Shown here: positions 25,425 to 34,723 of the stretch, piece after piece
How the letters are laid out: the number at the start of each line of letters is the position of its first letter
Numbering within the stretch: position 1 is the first letter of the stretch
Assembly: GCA_039621445.1 (NCBI GenBank)
Contig: CP154954.1
Coordinates: 27,020,123 to 27,084,122, forward strand
Direction: 5' to 3'
Length of the DNA: 64,000 nt
From: Euglena gracilis
Taxonomy: Eukaryota
Notes under the pieces: generated by a model
Told to the model about the DNA's origin: nothing
The model's input: the letters and a program-made list of their open reading frames with translations, nothing else
The model's database searches: none
Translations under genes and position numbers: made by a program

Positions 25425-28400
25425 ATGCAAAGCACAGGCCCCAACCATCAATTCAACTATGCCTTATTACAGGCATCATTGCAAGACATCGACCAAGAAA
25501 CTGGGGATTGGAAGCTTTTATGTGAAAATGCTTCCAGTTCCCACGCCGATGAGGCACAATTGATTCAATTGTCACAATTGCAACACTTGTCATCATTGAC
25601 AGTGGTCGGCGATGAGCCCTCCACATCATTGGCTTCAGAGGCTAATGCGGCCTCTTCCGCACTCACCTTGCCACAACGGGGGTATTCGCCTCTGTCTGCG
25701 GCAACGGTGCAGCTGCGCACACCGGAGAGACCCGTGGTGATTCCGCCATCGGGCTTCTCTGGTGATGGTGGGTTGGAAACCCCGTGTTTCTTTCAACCAC
25801 CACCCGCTCTTCCACCGGCAAGCCCTTACAGAGCTTTGCCACCACCCCCCGATATCGGGTGCTATCCCGCACTACCTTGGCAACCGGAGACTCGCCTCGT
25901 GGTGCCGGAATTTTCCGGTACATCCCAACCCATGGATGACTATGGGAAGGGCACTGGTGAGCTCCTCACTGCTGAGGATGTGCAGGATATTGTTGCTCGG
26001 CTTCCAGGGGATCACCCCCTTGTGAGGCAGTTCAACCATGTACAACAATGCGTTGCAGAGTGTGCAACCGCATTGAACAAAGTGCTTCAGTTTGATGAGG
26101 ACAACCAGAAACATGTCTTCACCAAGCTGGAACACTGCTGGAATTACTTGCAGGAAGTTGGCAGATATTGCCAGAGGAATTTCGAAAGTGCGGGTATTGA
26201 CCTTGCAAACTTTCGGGAAACCTTTGACAGAATATGCCAACAACTCCCGCAAAACTTCCGGCAAATTAGTGAATGCATGCATGAAGCGGAAACGCGGAAT
26301 GACTCCAAGTTTCTGCACTTGCATGGATCACTACAACAGTTATCGGGACAAATGGAGTCCTGTTCATCTGCGTTGTTGCATTTGCAACAACAGTTGCATG
26401 CACGAGATTCCTCGTCTGCAACATCCAGCAGTGGTGGATTTGTGTCCATGGACCATTTCACCACATTGTCCGCAACTTTCCATGAATCGCAACACCGCAT
26501 TATGCAGTTGTGCGATGAAACGGAAAAGTTTCGGCAATTCCAGTCACAAGCCAACGAGAATTTTGCTCCCCACACGTATGTGCGGCAGTTGGAGGAGCGA
26601 CTTTCCCGTTTGGAGCAGAAAACCTGCTATTGTGACGCGAATCGGGTTGGATTATCCAATCTGAGCGCGAAAGTCGCGGAAATCGCACAACGGCAGGATT
26701 CCCTGCAGTTGCAGTTGCAATCCGACATTGGCGGGATTAACTCGGCCATTGCGGGTTTGCAACAAAGCTATTCCGCACTTTCCCACCGAGTTCCGGACAT
26801 TAGCGGCATTCAGACTGCTATTGGGGAACTCCAGACCCGGCATGCATCGGTGTCTACCAAAGTAACGGAAATGCAGTCTCTACCTGCAGGTTCCGGTTCT
26901 CGGATTACCGAGAACCCCGATTTCAAGGCATTTTATGACAAAATGCTCACTAACAATCAGGAAACCTTGCAAGATTTCTGCAACAGCCTATTACGGCTTG
27001 AGGAATCGGTGAATCGGAATGCCCGATCCACGCAAAGTGAGATTACCAGGTTGTATGAGCGAATTTCCGCGTTGTTGGATAACCCACAACCTGGAAATTT
27101 GCCCATGGGTACCACAACCGTGTTGTCGGATAACCCTGCACCGGTTGCACCCACCACCACACCAACCAAGGTGACATCACCTTTGCAGATTCTCTCAAAT
27201 GCTGTAAAAGCATTAATGGGACAACTCCAATTATTGGATAAGTCTCACGGGAAACTTGTCCAAGATGTTACCGGAATTTCCGAAAGGATTCCGCACTTGG
27301 ATGACTTTTCACGTTACCTCAAGCGTATTCGCGCTTTGGAGGATGAAGTTGACCGTATTTGCGGCCAACTCCAACTCGTTGAGCATTTGGAGCAAAGTGT
27401 GCATGACTTGTCTGTGGGTTTGGATAATGTGTCCAACCAACAGCGGGTTTCACACCGCAATTCGGCAGTATGCATTGCCGAAGATGCGCCAGATGCTCCA
27501 GATTCGCGTTTCCACAACCCGAATCTGGGTGCACATGCACCACCACCACCCGTGTCCCGAGTGTCACAATCCGCGATTCCGCGAATTGTGCCACCATTGG
27601 CCTTGCCCACAACTCAAAACCAGTTTTCGGATGAATCTCCCATTACGGGAACCGAATTTTCGGAAAACACGGCGATTCCGCCAAGTCTCCACCAAGAAAT
27701 CCATCATTCCATGCTTGTGCGTGGAATGAGCCAAACCCGTACACCGGGAGTGGGTCACATGTTGCATGCGCGACATACTCCCACACCGGAGTGTCCCCCT
27801 ATTACGGGTGACCAACAGGGTTTGCGACCGGATTTCCGGTACCAGGATTCACCTTCACCAGAAATTTCGCGATTCCGACAAGAATCCGGAAAGGATACGC
27901 TTGGTGCTCGAGCGTACCCGGGCCCGAATCCACGGAATACCACCGAGGGCCAACGGGTTTTTCAGAAAGACTTCAAGGGCACCATCGCAATCGCGAATAA
28001 GGTGAAACCCCAATGGGACGGTGATCCAACCACATGGAGACAGTTTTTTCGGGACTGGGAGTACTACTGGGCATTGAAAGGGCCAACCCAGGACACAAAC
28101 CCGGAGGTGATCAAGATGGAATTCATCGATTGCCTCCCTAGGGATGAGAAGGAGCGCGCGCGACAACTCGTCATTCGCTACCGCGTTTCCTTTGATGACC
28201 TGGTGGAGCAATACGCTTCCACCAGTTCAAGTTTGGTCGCTAGGATTACCCTGGAGACCAAGTGGCGGCAATGCGCCCCACCCGATCGCAAATGGAAGTC
28301 CATTGACCTTTGGTATGCCAAATGGTTAGGACTTGCTGCTGAAGTGGATGAACTCAGTGAAAAGCAAATGCGCGAACAGTTTGACGCTGTTCTCATGCAT

Positions 28401-29402
28401 TTCACGCCTAGCCTCATCAAGGATATCCATCGTGAGGAGTTGGCGGGTAATGCAATGACTCTTGACCAACGCTGGAACTACGTTTCCAAGCAACTGAAGC
28501 TATCACAGCTTCTTGGTCAGATTCAATCCGCGTATACCGCACACCCAACCGCAGGATTACCGGCTGGTTCGGTGAACGCATTGCAAAAATCACCGGTTTC
28601 ACCCACTTCACCAACCACGGGATCGAAAACGCGATACCCGCGTTCTTCGGACCAAGCCACGGATAAAGTGTGCTTTTTGTGCAACAAACCGGGACATATG
28701 TCTCGGGAGTGCCCTAATCCTGAAGCGCGAAAGCGTATTCAGAGTCCGCGGGGCTCGACCTCATCACGAGGTTCGGGTTCCTCCGCATTTTCACGTCAAT
28801 CGGGCAATTCACGGTCATCGGGTCCCCGTTCCGGTGGTATTAGCCCCCGGATCCCGTTCCGCGATGAGCGGAAACACGGTACCCCTCGGGGTAGGTCACC
28901 CGGTGCCCCGGCCAAGAAGCGTGATTCTCATCCCGAGATATCGCGATCGCGTTCGCGAAGCGGATCATCTTCTTCGCGATCGTCATCGGGAAAACCCCGA
29001 TACACCGGTCATGGTCGACGGGATATCCGGTCACCACGACGGATTGACGGGAAATCGGGAAACCGAGCCCCCCGTTACCCAGAATCGCGACACAAATCGC
29101 GGTGTTCGCTTTGTGGATCGAGTGATCACCACTCATCCAAATGTCCGCGTTCTCGTTCTCCCCGCCCTGGCCAACGTCATCGCGGTATGAATCGCGGTGA
29201 CAAGGGTCACTCCTCCAACCGCCATAAAGTCGGTTTCAAGATATCTTGTTTGGAGGATGACACCCCGGCTTCGGGCAGGGAGGGGGATGAGACCACGGAT
29301 ACCGATTTCGACGAGGCCCGCATGGCGGTGCGCACGTTGAAATCCGTTTATACCTCTAAAAGGCCCATAGCCGGCTATTCGGCCGGTTCTGACCTGGAGT
29401 AG
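25425..29402 (+). CDS. gag: Gag polyprotein of element C (1325 aa; long coiled-coil N-terminus, capsid-like domain, two CCHC knuckles separated by an RS-rich tract)
   Basis: Uninterrupted ORF with CFLCNKPGHMSREC and CSLCGSSDHHSSKC. Strong similarity to Gag of B. ATG chosen because MQST is the start in all three copies. Confidence 0.93.
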   Translation: MQSTGPNHQFNYALLQASLQDIDQETGDWKLLCENASSSHADEAQLIQLSQLQHLSSLTVVGDEPSTSLASEANAASSALTLPQRGYSPLSAATVQLRTPERPVVIPPSGFSGDGGLETPCFFQPPPALPPASPYRALPPPPDIGCYPALPWQPETRLVVPEFSGTSQPMDDYGKGTGELLTAEDVQDIVARLPGDHPLVRQFNHVQQCVAECATALNKVLQFDEDNQKHVFTKLEHCWNYLQEVGRYCQRNFESAGIDLANFRETFDRICQQLPQNFRQISECMHEAETRNDSKFLHLHGSLQQLSGQMESCSSALLHLQQQLHARDSSSATSSSGGFVSMDHFTTLSATFHESQHRIMQLCDETEKFRQFQSQANENFAPHTYVRQLEERLSRLEQKTCYCDANRVGLSNLSAKVAEIAQRQDSLQLQLQSDIGGINSAIAGLQQSYSALSHRVPDISGIQTAIGELQTRHASVSTKVTEMQSLPAGSGSRITENPDFKAFYDKMLTNNQETLQDFCNSLLRLEESVNRNARSTQSEITRLYERISALLDNPQPGNLPMGTTTVLSDNPAPVAPTTTPTKVTSPLQILSNAVKALMGQLQLLDKSHGKLVQDVTGISERIPHLDDFSRYLKRIRALEDEVDRICGQLQLVEHLEQSVHDLSVGLDNVSNQQRVSHRNSAVCIAEDAPDAPDSRFHNPNLGAHAPPPPVSRVSQSAIPRIVPPLALPTTQNQFSDESPITGTEFSENTAIPPSLHQEIHHSMLVRGMSQTRTPGVGHMLHARHTPTPECPPITGDQQGLRPDFRYQDSPSPEISRFRQESGKDTLGARAYPGPNPRNTTEGQRVFQKDFKGTIAIANKVKPQWDGDPTTWRQFFRDWEYYWALKGPTQDTNPEVIKMEFIDCLPRDEKERARQLVIRYRVSFDDLVEQYASTSSSLVARITLETKWRQCAPPDRKWKSIDLWYAKWLGLAAEVDELSEKQMREQFDAVLMHFTPSLIKDIHREELAGNAMTLDQRWNYVSKQLKLSQLLGQIQSAYTAHPTAGLPAGSVNALQKSPVSPTSPTTGSKTRYPRSSDQATDKVCFLCNKPGHMSRECPNPEARKRIQSPRGSTSSRGSGSSAFSRQSGNSRSSGPRSGGISPRIPFRDERKHGTPRGRSPGAPAKKRDSHPEISRSRSRSGSSSSRSSSGKPRYTGHGRRDIRSPRRIDGKSGNRAPRYPESRHKSRCSLCGSSDHHSSKCPRSRSPRPGQRHRGMNRGDKGHSSNRHKVGFKISCLEDDTPASGREGDETTDTDFDEARMAVRTLKSVYTSKRPIAGYSAGSDLE

Positions 29403-29437
29403 GGGAGCCCGAGGTCCGAGGGCACGGACCTCTGGGC
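29400..29437 (+). promoter_or_regulatory. Putative UAG readthrough signal (stop followed by stem-loop) at the gag-pol junction
   Basis: TAG GGGA GCCCGAGGTCCG AGGGCA CGGACCTC T GGGC. pol continues in the gag frame. Identical in B (41784-41821), with a compensatory base pair in A. Confidence 0.7.
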
Positions 29438-32400
29438 TGATGAACAGATGGAGGTAGGACCTGATCAACCCTGCCCCCCCTGCCCATCTGCCTTCCTGGT
29501 CGGTACCCGGAAAATTTTCGGGTCCCCCACCCCCCACTCCAACTTTCCGCTCGGAATGTTGTGCAAAGTAGGAAAGGGTTCATGGGAAAGCTGGCAAGAA
29601 AACGTATTTTCGCCAGACCCTTCACTTTGCCTACCCCCCATGGAACTTTTGGTCCAAGCGGAAATCAAAATCCAAAATTTTTGTGCAAAAGTCAAAATTC
29701 TCATTGACACTGGTTGTCGCATTGCACTACTTTTTCGGTTCGGGTTGATACCAACCCCCCTCTTGGTGCAAGCCAAGAAGCCGATCAAAATTACGACGGC
29801 TGACAACACCCCCATGTGCGGTGGTGACTTGGGATGCTTTTTGGACATAGTCCTACCCCTCATCCCCAAGCACCACTCACACCCCCCCAACCGCAAAAAT
29901 TTCCGGATACCTGGGGATATGAATCCGGAATCCATGGTTCTGACGTAATTCTGGGATACCCCTTTTTACGTCAGCACCGGCTGGTAGTGGATTGCCACTC
30001 CCACGGTTTGCGCACATCACCACTCTCTTCATTGCCCCCCAAACCTTCATCACCCGTGGCGTCAACCGCGACAGCCACCAATTTTTCCACACCGTTTTCA
30101 AAAACTTTTACCCCGTTACCAACCACACCAACCAACGTTTTCCACACCGGGTGTACCGAGAAAGTTCACCCCCTGCCCACTACCATACCAACTTCCGTTC
30201 CCCATGAGGCAGGGCAAGCGAGTAGCGGTACCCCCCTCGTTCCACTGGGTTACAAGACGAAAGCCCAAAGGCCTGAAGTACGTACGGTGTCGAGTAGTCG
30301 CCCAGCTGCACCAATACCCCGTTTTCCACCAGATGTATCGCTTTCAGATACATCTGTACACCCCCCAGCAGCTACAACAGCGCATCCCAACTTTTACACA
30401 CACCCCCACCAGACCAACATGCGCGACCAGGACCACTACTCCGACACTTCCTTCCAATGTGTGCACTGTAGGAGAATTTCCGCCCAGCCAGATTTCGATT
30501 GTGGATGTTTAGTCCAAACACCAACACTAATCCCGATTTCGCGTAACCATACACTTGGTTGCGGATCGCAATGCGCGACCGTACATCAAGTGCTCCAACA
30601 ACGAGGTATTGCCTTGTTGTTTGGGACCGCGAAATCCGTGTCACACACCTCCCCCACCTCCATCTGGCATGATATGGACTGGGTATGCACCCATCCAACC
30701 CATCAACCCTTGGGAATGCCCCTTGGGAGTGTGGATGACACACCCTTGACCTATGTTTGCGGATCCCTGAATTGCGTTACCGCTCTTCAACCCGCGAACC
30801 AGGTCGACACATACGCGATGCGCGTATGGAACGCATTTAATTTTGGTCAATACCGTATTTTGGAGGAATGGTTCTCCAAAATCGCGGCTTTGGCTGATTC
30901 CTTCGATTTGTCGTTGGAAATTGATGCGTTTTCATCAAAAGCGCATGCGCGCTTGTCGCGATATTGGTCGCGACATACCAACGCATTTCTTAAATTCTGG
31001 GGTGATACGGTGCTGTGGATGCATCCTCCCCCAAAGCTTATCCCGGATGTGGTGGAGAAAATCCTCCGCGATGAAGCGCGAGGAGCTCTCCTCATCCCGG
31101 TCAATCCGAATGCGGATTGGTTTCACCAACTATCCCATGTGTGTTTTCATTGGTGGGATTTACCCGCTGATGTACCACTATTTGAGGATTTTTGTGGTAT
31201 ATTATTACCACCTGTTAAAGAAATCATTTTTCGCATTTGTTTCTTCGACGCATTCGGAATATCCGATGTGCGTGTGCCAAGATACCTTGGTACCAATGGG
31301 GATGCCACACCCTCAACGCAGATTTCTGCGGTCATTGAGAGTGCGGACCAACATCCCAAGTCTGCTGATTATTGTTCGCGAATTGCTCGCGAATTTCATG
31401 GTGTACTGGATAACCCAGTTTACGCCTGCGACATCGACCCCGCGATTCGCGGTCCGTTCGGTGTTTGCAAAATCGAGCTCAAGGATGGCGCTAAACCTAT
31501 GCACCGGAAATTCTTCCGTTGTTCGGGTGAACGCGAACAGGCTCTCAACGAGATGATTGAGAAGCTCATCCAGCGGAAGTGGATTATCCCTTCCAAGAGC
31601 GAGTGGACATCACAAGCTTTTGTGGTGCCCAAACCCGCTGACCAGTCTGGTCAGAAGAAGTGGAGACTGGTGCTGGATTACCGGTACCTGAACTCCCAAA
31701 CGAAGGATGACCCCTTCCCGTTACCGCTGATCGAGGATTTGATCACCAAACAATCGGATAACCGGTTGTGGTCAATCTTTGATCTGGAAGACGGTTTCCA
31801 TCAGATGCATTTGCATCCTGATTCGCAACCGTACACGGCATTCGTGACATCCAAGGGTGTGTACCAATGGACGGTACTCCCCATGGGTGTTAAGAATGGC
31901 CCAGCCATGTTTCAACGCATGATCCAGTGGGTTTTGCGCGATTTACCGTTTGCTCTGGTGTACATCGATGATGTACTGGTGGGAACCCAACCGCCATCCG
32001 CGAAATCGGGCGAGGATATCCTCGACCCGCATTATCGCGATGTGCGCGCGGTATTATCCGCGTTCCAAAAGCATGTGCTTTTTGTGAAGGGTTCCAAAAT
32101 GCACCTGTTTCGCAAAATTATTAAGTTTTGCGGACACATCCTGAGCAACGGGCAGCGTAAAGCCGCACCCAGTAAGATGGAGGCCATTAAGAAATGGACT
32201 CCTGAGGTCATTAAGACCTTAACGCATTTAAAGGGATTTTTGGGATTAGCCCAATACTACGCGATTTACATGAAAGATTTCGCGAAAATCGCGGTACCCC
32301 TAACCCGACAACTCAAAAATCGGACACCCGATAACGCAAAAGTCATTTGGGATGACCAAATGCGCGAGGCCTTGAATAAAATCAAGGACTTGCTCCTCGA

Positions 32401-34528
32401 GAACGTGGTTCTCGATATCGCGGATCCATACAAACCGTATGTCCTGGAGGTCGACAGCAGCGATTACGCTGTTGGCGGGGTTCTTAGCCAGCATAATGCG
32501 GCGAATGAACTCCGACCTGTGGCTTTCTTTAGCAGGAAGCTACAGGGCGACAACGGGAAAGGACAGGTTAAATGGAGCATTCGCGAAAAGGAGACATATG
32601 CCATTGTGCTAATTCTCCAGAAGTTCCGCAGCTGGATAGCCAGCAGCTTGGTCCAGATACTAGTGTTGACGGATCATGAGAGCCTTCAACACTGGTATAC
32701 CGAGGACCTGAACAAGGCCATGTCATCAGTTGGCAGAAGATGCCGATGGCATGAGTTCTTGAGCCAGTTTAACCTGGTGGTAGTTTATACCCCAGGTCAT
32801 ACGCAAAAAGTTGCGGATCCTCTCAGCCGAGCCCCCTGGTATTATCCTGGGAACCCGGATGAGGGTGATGCGACTTTTCATGGCAGCCATGAGGCTGACC
32901 AGTTCGCACGTCGATCCGACGCTGCGGACAACATGCTCGATTCACTACCGGTTTCCCGGGTGTATCGCAGCATCGCCATTTCACCATTGCGTGGAAGGCG
33001 CCGGCGTGGACGCACTGCCGGACCCCGTCGCATTACGCGTACGGAAACTCCTACCCCCCTATTTTTCCGCGAATGGGATTATTCGCGTGACCCTATATAT
33101 AGTACCATTGTGAATAGACTTCGTAATGGTGAATCCATAGAGAATTACTCTCTATCACCATTGCGGCTTATTTTCCGGAATGATTCTGGTTATAAATATT
33201 GTATACCCCAAGACCTGGTTGATGATGTGATTTTGAGCTATCACAACCATGGTCACCCTGGGGCCCCCAAACTTCTTTCACTAGTGGGTCGCAGATATTG
33301 CACAACCCTGAGTGAAAAAGAATTATATTCGCGCTGTTTGCAAATTTCGCAACGGTGCCAAATTTGTCAGGCTGTGAAACCGCGCAGAGGTACCCCCCCT
33401 GGTACGATGGACTTTTTCCCCGTACCACCTGACATTTTTACGTCCCTCTGCATGGATTTTCTCGAACTTGAACCTTGCAAAGGATCAGATGACAAAATTT
33501 ACGATTACGTTTTTGTTGTCGTCTGTCGGCTGAGTGGGTACATAGTAGCCATTCCATGCCGGAAAGCAGGGTTGACAGCCCAAATTTTGGCATCCATATT
33601 CCTGGAGAAATGCATCTGCTTAATGGGTTTACCGAACGAAATCGTGAGTGATCAAGATCACTTGATCTCTTCGCGGTTTTTCACAACTTTGTGCGGTTTA
33701 CTCGGCATTGAGCAGCATTTTTCCATTATATACCGCCCGAAAGGCAATGGTAGAGCCGAGGCAGCCGTGAAATCCGTTGTCAATATGCTTCGCCTTTCAC
33801 TGGCTGACTCGGGTAAGAATTGGTTATCCGTTCTTCATTGGTGTTTATTTTACATCAATACCTTGCCAGGGTTGGTATTACCACACTCACCGTACAAAAT
33901 TGTTTTCGGACGAGACCCTCCGGCCATAGGGGATATCCCCTCGGAGAGACCCGCCCGAAGTAGCGTCAGCTGTGAAACGTGGTTTGCAGAAGTGGAATCA
34001 CTCCGCTCTGCAGTCCAATCACGTATCACAGAAATTCATTCCAACAAACGGAAATCGTTTTTACAAAACTTCAACACACCTGTGTATAGTCCAGGTGACC
34101 GCGTGTGGGTACGGAATAACCGCACCCGCATGCAATCTTCCAAGCTAGATCCTCTTTGGCTCGGCCCATGCGAAATTTTGGAGAGGTTAGGTAGTAGCGG
34201 GCGATATAAAGTTGCCTTGCCCAACGGGATTGAGGACGTCCATATGGACGACTTCAAACCGTACCTAAGCCCCCCAGACGGAAAAGCTATCCCCTGCCTA
34301 TATTTCAAGCCCCGTTCCAGATTACCTGAAACGGACGACTTTGTGGTCGATAAGATAATAGACCACAAGGTCGACAGGGGTGTGCACTACTGGAAAGTTC
34401 GCTGGAAAGGGTATGGGCCAGAGGAGGACACTTGGGAGCCAGCATCCAGTTTTGTTGGATATGTCCAACAGGATTGGAAGCTGTGGAACAAGCGCAATAA
34501 CATAGACATAAACATAAACACTTTCTGA
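29403..34528 (+). CDS. pol: Pol of element C: PR - Cys cluster - Dam-like MTase - RT - RNase H - integrase - chromodomain (one 1-nt frameshift in the C-run at 29882-29888)
   Basis: ILIDTGC and DVILGYPFL (PR), EIDAFSS...WMHPP (MTase-like), [13 protein letters not shown] and YIDD (RT), [12 protein letters not shown]...EKE...TDH (RNase H), HNHGH...CQIC, MDF, SDQD, GRAE (IN), FVVDKIIDH...[17 protein letters not shown] (chromodomain). Confidence 0.95.
30845..31260 (+). other. DNA adenine-methyltransferase-like domain within pol of element C
   Basis: [73 protein letters not shown] resembles the DIRS/phage Dam-type MT pattern D[AL]F[AS]...NAF..W....[WY].[NH]PP..LI....KI......L..P.....W. Confidence 0.8.
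34335..34490 (+). other. Chromodomain at the integrase C-terminus (element C)
   Basis: [40 protein letters not shown], with aromatic-cage positions F, W and Y retained. Confidence 0.9.
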
Positions 34529-34723
34529 AACGATTTCGTTTTGGAGAATGCGTGTGTTTTATGTGAATGTTTCGCGTTTATACCCCCCCCTGCACTTCAT
34601 TATTTCTCTATCTTTCTCGCAGAGTTTTGATTAAGATAGAAGCCTTGCTTTTTCAGTGCTCTCGCACTCAAATCGACTGACAACAAGGTTATCCTTAGTT
34701 GTCGTCGTCGTTCGGGTAGCATC

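Noticed and set aside
29400-29402. UAG reassigned as a sense codon in the host genetic code
   Set aside because: Several ORFs of 1200-1800 codons contain no other in-frame TAG, so general reassignment is unlikely. The single conserved TAG with a hairpin fits readthrough better.
29436-29445. Hammerhead ribozyme core (CTGATGA)
   Set aside because: No appropriately placed GAAA and stems are visible; the sequence is coding (ADE).
29875-29895. Programmed frameshift inside pol of element C
   Set aside because: Element B is open through the same region, and adding one C to the 7-C run restores [20 protein letters not shown] homopolymer error or private mutation is more likely.
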